A stretch of 53,108 nucleotides of DNA. Source: a virus (lineage: Duplodnaviria; Caudoviricetes). The notes under the pieces are model-generated. The model did not search any database. It was not told where the DNA came from and saw only the letters and a program-made list of their open reading frames with translations. Both the position numbers and the translations under genes were made by a program. Shown in pieces: positions 10,396 through 20,033 of this stretch. Position 1 is the stretch's first letter; every line of letters starts with the position of its first letter. The stretch lies in IMG/VR virus record IMGVR_UViG_3300031975_000697, positions 1 through 53,108 of that record; one strand, 5' to 3'.

Positions 10396-11858
10396 CTAGC
10401 CCGCAGCAGCAGGGCGAGAAAGTCCCACCCGAAGAACTCCGCGACAAGATGCTGGAGGCATTCGAGAACGCACGGCGCAACTTCAACGACGACCGCGCCT
10501 ACTACGAATCCATGCGCCGGCCAGAGGCCATCGGTCTCGCAGTGCCACCTGAGATGCGCAAACTACTGGCCCACGTCGGCTACCCGCGACTCTACGTAGA
10601 CGCGCTGTCGGCGCGGCTGGAGTTGGAAGGATTCCGCCTCGGTGGAGCCGAGGAATCCGACGAGGAGCTCTGGGACTGGTTCCTGGCCAACGACCTCGAC
10701 GTCGAATCCATCCTCGGACACACCGACGCGCTGGTACACGGACAGTCGTACGTCACCGTCTCGATGCCAGATCCGAAGATCGACCTCCACGTACCGCAGG
10801 ACATCCCGATCATCAGAGTCGAGTCCCCCAACTCGCTTTACGCAGAGATCGACCCACGGACTCGCCAGGTCACCGGAGCTATCCGGGCGATCTACGACAA
10901 AGAGGGCAACGAGGTCATCTCGGCCACGCTCTACACACCCAACGACACAACTCGCTGGGACAAGGTCGAGAACGAGTGGTCACAGATCTCGCTCGTCAAC
11001 CACGGCCTGGAGATGGTCCCGGTCGTCCCGATACCGAACCGCACTCGGCTCTCGGATCTGTACGGCACGTCGGAGATCTCTCCGGAGCTGCGGTCGGTCA
11101 CCGACGCGGCTGCCAGGGTCCTGATGAACATGCAGGGCGCCGCTGAGCTTATGGCGGTCCCGCAGCGGCTCCTCTTCGGCGTCAAGCCGGGAGAGCTGGG
11201 AGTGGACCCGAACACCGGTCAGACTCTCTTCGACTCCTACTTGGCTCGCATCCTGTCTTTCGAGGACCCCGAGGGCAAGGTAGGCCAGTTTGCAGCCGCA
11301 GAGCTGCGGAACTTCACCGAGGCGCTCGACGCACTGGACAAGAAGGCAGCGGCTTACACAGGGCTGCCCCCTCAGTACCTCTCTACGCAGTCGGACCAGC
11401 CTTCTTCGGCAGAGGCCATCAAGGCGTCCGAGTCGCGGTTGGTCAAGCACGCCGAGCGGAAGGCCAAGATCTTCGGCGGCGCGTGGGAGCAGGTGATGCG
11501 AGTCGCCTACAAGGTGATGAAGGGTGGCGACATCCCGGACGAGTACTTCCGGATGGAGTCCATCTGGAGGGACCCGAGCACTCCGACGTACGCGGCCAAG
11601 GCCGACGCGGCGAGCAAGCTCTACAACCAGGGCACCGGGGTCATCCCGAAGAAGCGCGCCCGCAAGGACATGGGCTACTCCGAGGCAGAGATCACGGAGA
11701 TGGAGCAGTGGGACGAGGAAGAGAACCCGCTGGGCCTCGTGGGAACGCTGTACGGAGCAGGGACGCCCGGTTCGGGCGCTCCAGGGGGTAAGACCCCGAG
11801 CGACGTAGACAAGCCGTCTCAGCCCACAGGAGGGGCGAAAGCCGATGAGGCTGCGTGA
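10392..11858 (+). CDS. portal protein (SPP1-like)
   Basis: 488 aa after terminase; YPRLYVD, PSSAEAIKA, WRDPSTPT motifs. Confidence 0.92.
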   Translation: MTSPQQQGEKVPPEELRDKMLEAFENARRNFNDDRAYYESMRRPEAIGLAVPPEMRKLLAHVGYPRLYVDALSARLELEGFRLGGAEESDEELWDWFLANDLDVESILGHTDALVHGQSYVTVSMPDPKIDLHVPQDIPIIRVESPNSLYAEIDPRTRQVTGAIRAIYDKEGNEVISATLYTPNDTTRWDKVENEWSQISLVNHGLEMVPVVPIPNRTRLSDLYGTSEISPELRSVTDAAARVLMNMQGAAELMAVPQRLLFGVKPGELGVDPNTGQTLFDSYLARILSFEDPEGKVGQFAAAELRNFTEALDALDKKAAAYTGLPPQYLSTQSDQPSSAEAIKASESRLVKHAERKAKIFGGAWEQVMRVAYKVMKGGDIPDEYFRMESIWRDPSTPTYAAKADAASKLYNQGTGVIPKKRARKDMGYSEAEITEMEQWDEEENPLGLVGTLYGAGTPGSGAPGGKTPSDVDKPSQPTGGAKADEAA

Positions 11859-12739
11859 CGCCCGAGGAGTACGCGCTACAGCAGGCGTTCATCTCGGCGG
11901 CAGCCGCTCGGTACTCGCAGCAGTTCGGTAACTACTTCAGCCAGCCGGCACTCTCGTTCGCCGAGTGGATTCAGCTTCTCCAGTTGATATACCCGGTGGT
12001 CGAGCAGTTGCGGAATGAGTCCGCGACGTTGGCTCGGCGCTTCTACGACTCCCAGCGGGAGCAGAACCACCCGGAACTGCCCCGGAACGACAGGCCCCTG
12101 GAGGGCACGGCGTTCAAGGAGTTCGTCGAGAACATGGAGCCGGCACGCAAGAAGATGTCGAAGGCCGAATCGGGACAAGACGCACAGGGAGTGTTCGCGC
12201 TCCGCATCATCCGAGAGGTCGAGAACGCCGGTCGTCAGCAGATCATCCACGCCGTAGAGAACGACCCTGAGCCTCGCATCCTGAGGGGCTGGGCACGTGT
12301 GGCTACAGGACGAGAGACCTGTGCCTGGTGCCTGATGCTGATCTCCAGAGGGCCAACCTATCTGGGATCTGACAACGCAGGCCTACAGGGACTCGACGAG
12401 GACGACGCACAAGAGTTGTTCGACAACAACGACATCGAAACGTATTTCGAGAACATCGAGCCGCACATGCAGCAGTGGCACACAGGCTGCGACTGCAAGG
12501 TGATCCCGGTGTTTCGCCAAGAGAACTGGTTTGGGCAAGAGGCCGCAGACCGGGCTCTTGATCTGTGGAACGAAGCCACCAAAGAGGCGATACGCCTCGA
12601 AGACGAGGGACTAGTCCACAAGTCAGGAAGGAAGAAGGGCGAGCCATTCACTCGTAATGAGTTGGCTATCAACGCACTTCGACGCCGCCTTGAGCGCGGT
12701 GAGATCAACGCAAGCGAGTTCGCCGCACTAGCGGCGTAA
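11855..12739 (+). CDS. capsid maturation protease / MuF-like minor head protein
   Basis: WARV...CAWC and HTGCDC motifs; between portal and scaffold. Confidence 0.75.
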   Translation: MTPEEYALQQAFISAAAARYSQQFGNYFSQPALSFAEWIQLLQLIYPVVEQLRNESATLARRFYDSQREQNHPELPRNDRPLEGTAFKEFVENMEPARKKMSKAESGQDAQGVFALRIIREVENAGRQQIIHAVENDPEPRILRGWARVATGRETCAWCLMLISRGPTYLGSDNAGLQGLDEDDAQELFDNNDIETYFENIEPHMQQWHTGCDCKVIPVFRQENWFGQEAADRALDLWNEATKEAIRLEDEGLVHKSGRKKGEPFTRNELAINALRRRLERGEINASEFAALAA

Positions 12740-12786
12740 TTCACCGTACGAGCCCCTGGTGGGCTCTCAACTGTCCAGGAGACAAA

Positions 12787-13287
12787 ATGGCCGATACACC
12801 CGTCGAAACTCAGACCGAAGACACGACCACTGGCCTGGTGCCGGATGGCGTGAACACCTTCGGTAAGGACTACGTCCAACAGCTACGCAACGAGGCTGCG
12901 GCGCACCGCACCGCCAAGAACGAAGCGGTGGCCCAGACCCACGCGGAGGCCAAGGAGTACCTCGACGCTGTGATCGCTCAGCGAGACTCGGCTTTCGCCG
13001 AACTCGAAGGCAAGCTCGGGGCAGCCGGGGTCGAGCTCACGAAGCTCAAGACCGCGCTGGACCTGAAGGTGCCGTCCGACAAGGTGCTTCAGTTCGCCGC
13101 CATCCTCCAGGGTACCGACGAGGACTCCATCAAGGAGTCTGCCAAGTCGGCCAAGGAGCTGTTCGGAGGTTTCAAGCAGCACGACCTCCCGGTGGACCAC
13201 TCGCAGGGCTCCGGTGGTGGCTCCCCCATGCCGCTCAACGGTGATCCGGTCCTCACTGCGATCAAAGCCAAGCTCGGCATCAACTGA
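12787..13287 (+). CDS. scaffolding protein
   Basis: YVQQLRNEAAAHR coiled-coil motif; directly upstream of major capsid. Confidence 0.85.
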   Translation: MADTPVETQTEDTTTGLVPDGVNTFGKDYVQQLRNEAAAHRTAKNEAVAQTHAEAKEYLDAVIAQRDSAFAELEGKLGAAGVELTKLKTALDLKVPSDKVLQFAAILQGTDEDSIKESAKSAKELFGGFKQHDLPVDHSQGSGGGSPMPLNGDPVLTAIKAKLGIN

Positions 13288-13320
13288 CCCAAATACACAC
13301 TACCAGTTAGGAATTAAATA

Positions 13321-14277
13321 ATGGCTGCTGGCACTGACTTCGCCGTCAACCACAACCAGATCGCTCAGACGGGCGACTCGATGTTCACCGGCTACCTCGA
13401 ACCCGAGGTGGCGCAGGACTACTTCGCCGAGGCCGAGAAGACCTCGATCGTTCAGCGGGTGGCCCAGAAGATCCCGATGGGCGCTACCGGCGTCAAGATC
13501 CCGCACTGGAACGGCGACGTCTCCGCGCAGTGGATCGGTGAAGGCGACATGAAGCCCATCACCAAGGGCGACCTGACTTCCGAGTCGGTGGAACCCCACA
13601 AGATCGCCACGATCTTCATCGCCTCTGCGGAAACCGTCCGTGCGAACCCCGCGAACTACATCGGCACCATGCGGACCAAGATCGGCACCGCGATTGCGAT
13701 GGCGTTCGACAGCGCGGCGCTGTACGGCACCGACTCCCCGTTCGACAAGGCCATCGCGGACACCACGAAGGAGCAGTACCTCTCCAGCGCGACCGCGTAC
13801 GACGCTCTCGCCGTGGACGGACTGGGCCAGCTCGTGAGCCCCGCCCCGGGCAGTGCCAAGCACCGTTGGCAGGCCACTCTGTTCGACGACACCGTCGAGC
13901 CGATCCTCAACGGCGCCAAGGACCAGAACGGTCGTCCGCTGTTCATCGAGTCGACCTACGAGGGCGTCACCCCGCCTTACCGCGAGGGCCGCATCATCGG
14001 TCGTCAGACCATCCTGAGCGACCACGTCGTCAGCGACGACGGCACGGTCATCGGCTTCATGGGCGACTTCAATCAGGTCCTCTGGGGCCAGGTCGGCGGT
14101 CTGTCCTTCGACGTCAGCGACCAGGCGACCTTGAACCTCGGCACGCCGGCTGCTCCGCAGTTCGTGTCGCTGTGGCAGCACAACCTCGTCGCTGTCCGTT
14201 GCGAGGCTGAGTTCGGCCTGCTCATCAACGACGTCAACGCATTCGTCAAGCTGACCACGGTGGACCCGACTCCGTGA
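13321..14277 (+). CDS. major capsid protein (HK97 fold)
   Basis: 318 aa; AQWIGEG, HKIATI, WQHNLVAVRCEAEFG typical of L5-like capsids. Confidence 0.95.
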   Translation: MAAGTDFAVNHNQIAQTGDSMFTGYLEPEVAQDYFAEAEKTSIVQRVAQKIPMGATGVKIPHWNGDVSAQWIGEGDMKPITKGDLTSESVEPHKIATIFIASAETVRANPANYIGTMRTKIGTAIAMAFDSAALYGTDSPFDKAIADTTKEQYLSSATAYDALAVDGLGQLVSPAPGSAKHRWQATLFDDTVEPILNGAKDQNGRPLFIESTYEGVTPPYREGRIIGRQTILSDHVVSDDGTVIGFMGDFNQVLWGQVGGLSFDVSDQATLNLGTPAAPQFVSLWQHNLVAVRCEAEFGLLINDVNAFVKLTTVDPTP

Positions 14278-14283
14278 CCCTGG

Positions 14284-14296
14284 CTTGACATCGAAC
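14284..14296 (+). promoter_or_regulatory. repressor operator/stoperator
   Basis: CTTGACATCGAAC just after capsid gene. Confidence 0.85.
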
Positions 14297-14300
14297 GTAC

Positions 14301-14331
14301 GGGGGAGGCCCTTCGGGGCCTCCTCCTCGTT
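14301..14331 (+). terminator. GC-rich hairpin / probable terminator after capsid gene
   Basis: GGGGGAGGCCC-TTCG-GGGCCTCCTCC; U-tract weak. Confidence 0.6.
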
Positions 14332-14346
14332 CTGAGAGGAGGCGCT

Positions 14347-14718
14347 ATGGCGTACGCAACCGTCGACGACGTTGCCGACAGGTGGACCCGAGAGTTCACC
14401 GACGAAGAGATCGTCCTCATCGAGACGCGCCTGGAGGACATCGAGCGCAAGATCCGGCGCGTCATCCCCGACCTCGCTACCAAGGTCTCCGACCAGGAAT
14501 ACCTCGAAGACGTCAAGCAGATCGAAGCAGACGCGGTTCTGCGGCTGGTCCGCAACCCCGAGGGATACATCTCGGAGAGTGACGGCAACTACACCTACAT
14601 GCTCGCCAGGGACCTAGCCAGCGGCAAGCTGGAGATCCTCGACGAAGAGTGGGAAACGCTCGGGGTATTCAAGACCCAGTTCGCCGTGATCGTCCCGAGG
14701 CTGGTGATGCCGACGTGA
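14347..14718 (+). CDS. head-to-tail adaptor
   Basis: MAYATVDDV...RNPEGYISESDGNYTY; position after capsid. Confidence 0.85.
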   Translation: MAYATVDDVADRWTREFTDEEIVLIETRLEDIERKIRRVIPDLATKVSDQEYLEDVKQIEADAVLRLVRNPEGYISESDGNYTYMLARDLASGKLEILDEEWETLGVFKTQFAVIVPRLVMPT

Positions 14719-14882
14719 GCGCGAGCGATCGTCAACCGCCCCTCCCTTACCCGGACGACTTCACAGAGGCCGTACGCCCGGAGCACGTAAACACCACGAA
14801 GTGTGACCACGAGAACGGCATCTGCTTCTGCGTACATGACTGGCGCATCCACTGGGGCAACCTTCCGAGGAGCTCAGCATGA
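14715..14882 (+). CDS. small hypothetical protein (Cys/His-rich)
   Basis: GTGA/ATGA overlaps at both ends; CDH..C.CVHDWRIHWGN. Confidence 0.65.
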   Translation: MSASDRQPPLPYPDDFTEAVRPEHVNTTKCDHENGICFCVHDWRIHWGNLPRSSA

Positions 14883-15241
14883 GTCTCTTGGACAGGGGCA
14901 CAGAGGATGTCATCGTCTACCCGGAGGAGGTCTCCGAGAGCCCAGACGGCAACATCAAGCTCAAGCCGTCCAAGACGGGCATCCCAGCCAAGGCCAGCAT
15001 CCAGGTCCGAGGCCAGTCGGGGACCTCGTCCCGGCGCCAGGAGCAGGACAACGAGGGCTACGAGTCCGAGAAGGTCTACACGATCCGATTCTCTCGGGCT
15101 TCGGCCAAGAAGCTGGGACGGCTCGGCACCGAAACGATGGTCGAGTGGCGAGGCCGTAAGTGGTCGCTGTTCGGCGACGAGAACGTCTACAACAGCTCTC
15201 GACGCACCAGGCACGAGACGTACACGATCAAACGGTACTGA
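14879..15241 (+). CDS. head-to-tail stopper
   Basis: MSLLD..VIVYPE..DGN motif; synteny. Confidence 0.8.
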   Translation: MSLLDRGTEDVIVYPEEVSESPDGNIKLKPSKTGIPAKASIQVRGQSGTSSRRQEQDNEGYESEKVYTIRFSRASAKKLGRLGTETMVEWRGRKWSLFGDENVYNSSRRTRHETYTIKRY

Positions 15242-15564
15242 TGGCCAGGTTGATGAGCGAGAAGGCCCTCAACACGGTCGTCGCTCGGATACCGGGCGTT
15301 CACGACGCTCTCGGAGGGGTTGCTCGCAGAGTGGCCGGCGCCGCGAAAGGGCGCCTGGCAGTACACAAGTTTCAAGGGCACTCGCGCATCACGATCACCG
15401 AAGGTGACGTCGACTGGTTCGTCAACCTCGACGACTCCAGAGGAGACCACGCCGCGATGTCCATCGAGTTCGGCCACATCGTCAAGGGGAAGTACGAGGA
15501 CCCCGGAAAGCCAAAGTACGTGCCCGGGCTCTACATCCTAAGCACCGCAGCAGGTCTGGCATAA
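15241..15564 (+). CDS. neck/head-tail protein
   Basis: TGATG overlap; AAMSIEFGH...GLYIL motif. Confidence 0.7.
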   Translation: MARLMSEKALNTVVARIPGVHDALGGVARRVAGAAKGRLAVHKFQGHSRITITEGDVDWFVNLDDSRGDHAAMSIEFGHIVKGKYEDPGKPKYVPGLYILSTAAGLA

Positions 15565-15576
15565 GAGAGGAGGGAC

Positions 15577-16008
15577 GTGCCGAAGAAACGCTTTCCGAGA
15601 GTGCAGAGCATCCTCCTCCCGATCCTACGAGATGCGTTCCCCGACTGGGAACGTCACCAGATCGGCTCGTGGGTAGAGGACATCGACTTCCGCACTTTCC
15701 CGATGATAAACGTGCGCCGAATTGGCGGCGCTAGAAACAAGAAGCTGCCGTTCATACACGGCAAGCCGGTGGTGGAGATGACCGTCTACTCGGACGAGGA
15801 TGTCGAAACCGCAGAGGAGATCTACGAAGACGCACTCGACGCGATTATCGAGGCGATCAGGACCCAAAAGCTAACGCCCAAGGGCTATTTAAGTAGCTAC
15901 AACGAGAACATGGGGATGACACAGTTCAGCTCCCCGTTCATGGACTCCTGGAGGGTCCAGGGACTTCTCGAACTCGGTATTCGACCACCGAGAACAACCA
16001 ACCAGTAA
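15577..16008 (+). CDS. tail terminator
   Basis: position before major tail; INVRRIGG, GIRPP motifs. Confidence 0.8.
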   Translation: MPKKRFPRVQSILLPILRDAFPDWERHQIGSWVEDIDFRTFPMINVRRIGGARNKKLPFIHGKPVVEMTVYSDEDVETAEEIYEDALDAIIEAIRTQKLTPKGYLSSYNENMGMTQFSSPFMDSWRVQGLLELGIRPPRTTNQ

Positions 16009-16022
16009 GAGGAGACTGCCAC

Positions 16023-16610
16023 ATGGCAATGAACGATGATGCGGTGTTGACCGCTGCGGTCGGGTACGTCTACACCGGCCCTGTGGGCACTGCTGCGCCG
16101 ACCCCCACTGAGCTTCCGACGATCGACCTGGAAGACCCCAGCACGTGGACCGCGAACGGGTGGGACTCGATCGGCCACACGTCCCGAGGTGAGATGCCCG
16201 AGTTCGGCTTCGACGGAGGCAACTCCGAGGTCCGAGGCTCTTGGCAGAAGAAGAAGCTGAAGGACGTCACGACCGAAGACCCGGTCGACTACCTGACGAT
16301 GTTCCTGCACCAGTTCGACGAGGAAGCATTCTCGCTGTACTACGGCGCGAACGTCTCGACTACTCCCGGGGTGTTCGGCGTCAAGAGCGGGGCTGACCCC
16401 CTGGAGAAGGCATTCCTGGTAGTCATCCTCGACGGAGAGGAGCGCCTCGGATTCCGATCCGCACGGGCGTCCGTGAAGCGTGACGACTCGATCCAGCTCC
16501 CGATCGACGACCTGGCTGCGCTGCCCATCCGGGCGACGTTCCTGGACTACCAGAGCGATCCACTGTTCGAGTGGATCAACGAAGACCTGTTCCCCAACGC
16601 GCAGGTCTGA
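16023..16610 (+). CDS. major tail protein
   Basis: 195 aa; NDDAVLTAAVGYVY, GHTSR, GFDGG motifs. Confidence 0.92.
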   Translation: MAMNDDAVLTAAVGYVYTGPVGTAAPTPTELPTIDLEDPSTWTANGWDSIGHTSRGEMPEFGFDGGNSEVRGSWQKKKLKDVTTEDPVDYLTMFLHQFDEEAFSLYYGANVSTTPGVFGVKSGADPLEKAFLVVILDGEERLGFRSARASVKRDDSIQLPIDDLAALPIRATFLDYQSDPLFEWINEDLFPNAQV

Positions 16611-16616
16611 CTCTGA

Positions 16617-16629
16617 CTTGACACCGAAC
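16617..16629 (+). promoter_or_regulatory. repressor operator/stoperator
   Basis: CTTGACACCGAAC after major tail gene. Confidence 0.85.
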
Positions 16630-16711
16630 GGTGTCCGGGGGAGGGGTTTTCCTTGGCGGGCCTTCCCCTCCCCCGTTATCCCCCAGCCCGCCTACCTAAG
16701 AAAGGTTCGCC

Positions 16712-17080
16712 ATGAGCACATTCAAACTTGACGACATCGCCGCTGCGGCACGGCGCCGGTTCGAGCCGGTGAAGATCGAGGTCTCCGAGGGAGAGACCGT
16801 CACCCTGCCGGCGCTGCTGCGCCTGAGCCAGGACGACCGAGACGCGGTCGCCGGCCTGCTGAAGGACATCTCCGACATGGGCGGGGACGACGAAGACGAT
16901 CTCGACGACGACGCAGCAGAGCTGTTGGCCGACTCGATCACCAACGTCCTGGTCCGAGTCAGCAAGGGCGCCCGGAAGATCAGCCGAGCCATCGAGCACG
17001 AGGAACCTCTGATCCAGGTCTCGATCCTGACCGACATCCTCAACACCTGGATTTCGAGGACCCAAGCGGGGGAAGCCTGA
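16712..17080 (+). CDS. tail assembly chaperone (short form)
   Basis: between major tail and tape measure; ends ...QAGEA with GGGGGAA slippery site. Confidence 0.88.
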   Translation: MSTFKLDDIAAAARRRFEPVKIEVSEGETVTLPALLRLSQDDRDAVAGLLKDISDMGGDDEDDLDDDAAELLADSITNVLVRVSKGARKISRAIEHEEPLIQVSILTDILNTWISRTQAGEA

Positions 17081-17607
17081 GGCTCGCCGCCTTACTAGAT
17101 AAGTACGGCGAGTATCTCGTACCGGATCTGAAGCACTACTACGGGATCGACCTCCGGGAGCTGTTCTCGGAGGAAGACCCGCTCTCTCCCGCGTGGGTTC
17201 TGGCACACATCTACAACCTCCCCCTCGAATCTGCCTACGTCGCAGAGACCAGAGGTGGCCAAGAGTTCCGAGGCTGGGACGAAGAGATGTACATGCGGGC
17301 CGCTGAGCTGAACGCGCTCAGGACCCTCGTCTACGTGTTCGTGATGGCTCACATCGACCCGAGCGCACGTAAGCCAAAGCAGCCGGACCCATACCCGCTG
17401 CCCGGCAACAGAACCCGCAATCCGCAGAAGCCCAAACCGGGCTCGTTCCTGGCCGTCGCTAGCCAGATGATCGCGGCCACCCGAGAAGCGAAGAAGAGGA
17501 GAGCCGAGCAATGGCAGGAGGAGCAGGCGGCAGAGAAGTCGGACGGATCTCGATCCGAGTCGTCCCCAACCTCGACGGTTTCCGACGAAAGGTCAAGCGA
17601 GAGCTAG
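16712..17607 (+). CDS. tail assembly chaperone, -1 frameshifted long form
   Basis: GGGGGAA at 17068-17074; -1 frame open (GSLRLAALLDKYGEYLVPDLKHYYGIDLREL...) to 17607. Confidence 0.85.
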
Positions 17608-20012
17608 AGGAGATCGAGCGGACTCTCCGTGGGGATGTGGAGATCACAGCCCACATGAACTCCGCTCAGGCACGAGCCGACTTCCAACGCCTCCTCTACG
17701 GCATGCGGGCGCAAGGAGCCAAGGGCGTCACGATCGACGCCAAGGTCGAGAGATCCACACTCGACCGGCTCCAGAGTGTGATCGGAGGTTTCGGCAGAAG
17801 CGTAGGCGGTGGCGGCTTCGGTCGCATGGGCCAGTTCGCCGACACGATCGCCGTGGTTGCCGCTGTAGCAGCCGTTGCGGCCCCCGCCCTGGCACTTATC
17901 TCGGGAGCTCTCGTCAGCCTCCCAGCAGTCGCCTCAGCCGTTCTGACACCCATCGGAGCGGTGGCCCTCGGCATAGAGGGCATCAGCGCAGCGTCCCAGA
18001 CGCTTGGAGCCGAGTGGCAGAGCTTGCGCTCGGTTATGAGCAACACGTTCGAGACCAGGCTTGTGCCTATCTTCGACGACTTGCGTGCGATATTCCCGAC
18101 GCTGGAAGGCTCGCTGCCCTCCGTAGCCAACGGGCTATCCGACGTAGCGCAGTCCATCGTCGACATAGTCACCGGGGCTCCGGGGATGCAGGACATCGAA
18201 GGCACGATCAACAACATCGGTGCCGCTATCTCCGCATCGGCTCCAGGCATCGGATCGCTGACAAGCGGCCTGTTGACACTCTCGGAGAGGGTGAGCGCCA
18301 AGTTCCCCCGGCTGTCGGAGAACTTCAACCGGGCTATGGATTCGTTCGGCGGGTGGATCGACGAGATCACCGCCAAGGGTCCGGATGGCATCTCCAAGCT
18401 CGACGTCGCTATGGACTCGTTCGGCGGCACGATGGGCGAGCTCCTAGGGCTGGTAAAGGATCTGGCCAAGCAGGGCTTCGACTTCCTGACAGATCCCGAG
18501 TTCGGCGACACCATGAAGGACTTCGTTGCCGACGCCAGGACCCTGGTGGAGCAGATCGGCCCCGGTCTCAAGACCGTGTTCGAGCAGGTCGCTGGATACA
18601 TCGGCGTCATGGTCGACGGGCTCGACAAGTTTGACAAGTGGGAACCGCCGAAGTGGCTGAACCTGGACCAGGAGAAGGCCAGAGAGCAAGGCCAAGGACT
18701 AGGCGCCTTCCCCGGGCTGGCGAAGCCTGACGAGCCCTGGTTCGACGGCAAGGTCGGCAACTGGCTAGACAGCCTCGAAGAGAAGATCGAGAACCTCCCG
18801 ACCACGGTCAAACAGAACTGGAACCTGATGAAGGAGCAGTTCTCGACCCTGTTCGACGGGGTAGGCACCGGGGCCGACATGTTCAAGGCCCAGCTCAACA
18901 CACTGTGGACTGGCATCACCACCGGCGTAAACATGGCCAGGACGCAGCTCTCCAGCATATGGAGCGGACTCCAGACTGGTTGGCAGACAGCGCAAACCGC
19001 CTACAACAACGCGATCAACTCGATCCGTAACCAGGCGGGGAATGTAGTCAGCGGCGTACAGCAGGCGTTCTCTTCGATTCCCGGCGTGCTTTCCGGGATT
19101 TGGAACACGGCAGTTTCCACAGTGGCGTCCATCATCCCGAACATGCTGACTCCGTTCGTCACGGTCGGAGGTCAGATCATCTCCGAGGCAGGTACGTGGC
19201 CCGGAAGGATACTCGGCGCGATCGGTGACCTAGGAGGGCTCCTGGTCGGAGCTGGAACGGCTCTGATGAATGGTCTGCTCTCGGGTATCAAGGCCGGCTT
19301 GCAGTCGGTGCTCGACTTCGCCAGCACAATCGCAGGGAAGATCGCAGCGGTCAAGGGTCCGCTGGACTATGACCGCGTCGTCCTCACACCCGCTGGCCAG
19401 GCTCTCATGGAGGGCCTGGAGAACGGCATGGACACCGGCTTCGAGTCGGTACTGAACCGAGCCAGGACGATGGCCGGCGAGATCTCCGAAGCGATGAACG
19501 GCGGCTTCGAGGGAGTCAATTCCGAAGGTCTGCAAGAGCAGCTCAAGTCGATGCTGGACGTGATCGACCTGACGCGTAAGCAGATGAAGGTCGAGTACAA
19601 CGCGATCCCCGACGAGGACAAAGCTGCTCGTGACGTCGCCCGCAACAAGCGGGACCAGCTCCAGAGCATCCGTGACCAGCTTTCCCTCCAGAGGGAGCAG
19701 CTCGGATTCGCCGAGAAGTACGGCGAGAAGGAGCAGGAGAACAACGACATCCTCAGCGACCAGGCCACTCGCCTGATCGACGTCGGCAAGGGGCTAGCAG
19801 AGACCGTAATTGGTGCGCACGCACAGGATCTCGGTATCTCCGGGAACGGTGCGATCTCGCAGGGGATCACGCAAGGAATCGGGTTCCTGTCGCAGATGCT
19901 CTCCGGACTCATCGGAGGAGGCGGCACGACCATCCAAGTCAACTCGGTCGACGAAGCCGTTTCGGCACAGTCGCGGATCGCCGCGAAGAAGGCACTTCAG
20001 TACTACCGCTGA
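17511..20012 (+). CDS. tape measure protein
   Basis: 833 aa Ala/Gly-rich helical protein; EVGRISIRVVP N-terminus; after chaperones. Confidence 0.93.
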   Translation: MAGGAGGREVGRISIRVVPNLDGFRRKVKRELEEIERTLRGDVEITAHMNSAQARADFQRLLYGMRAQGAKGVTIDAKVERSTLDRLQSVIGGFGRSVGGGGFGRMGQFADTIAVVAAVAAVAAPALALISGALVSLPAVASAVLTPIGAVALGIEGISAASQTLGAEWQSLRSVMSNTFETRLVPIFDDLRAIFPTLEGSLPSVANGLSDVAQSIVDIVTGAPGMQDIEGTINNIGAAISASAPGIGSLTSGLLTLSERVSAKFPRLSENFNRAMDSFGGWIDEITAKGPDGISKLDVAMDSFGGTMGELLGLVKDLAKQGFDFLTDPEFGDTMKDFVADARTLVEQIGPGLKTVFEQVAGYIGVMVDGLDKFDKWEPPKWLNLDQEKAREQGQGLGAFPGLAKPDEPWFDGKVGNWLDSLEEKIENLPTTVKQNWNLMKEQFSTLFDGVGTGADMFKAQLNTLWTGITTGVNMARTQLSSIWSGLQTGWQTAQTAYNNAINSIRNQAGNVVSGVQQAFSSIPGVLSGIWNTAVSTVASIIPNMLTPFVTVGGQIISEAGTWPGRILGAIGDLGGLLVGAGTALMNGLLSGIKAGLQSVLDFASTIAGKIAAVKGPLDYDRVVLTPAGQALMEGLENGMDTGFESVLNRARTMAGEISEAMNGGFEGVNSEGLQEQLKSMLDVIDLTRKQMKVEYNAIPDEDKAARDVARNKRDQLQSIRDQLSLQREQLGFAEKYGEKEQENNDILSDQATRLIDVGKGLAETVIGAHAQDLGISGNGAISQGITQGIGFLSQMLSGLIGGGGTTIQVNSVDEAVSAQSRIAAKKALQYYR

Positions 20013-20033
20013 TAAGGCGCAGGAGGTAATCCT

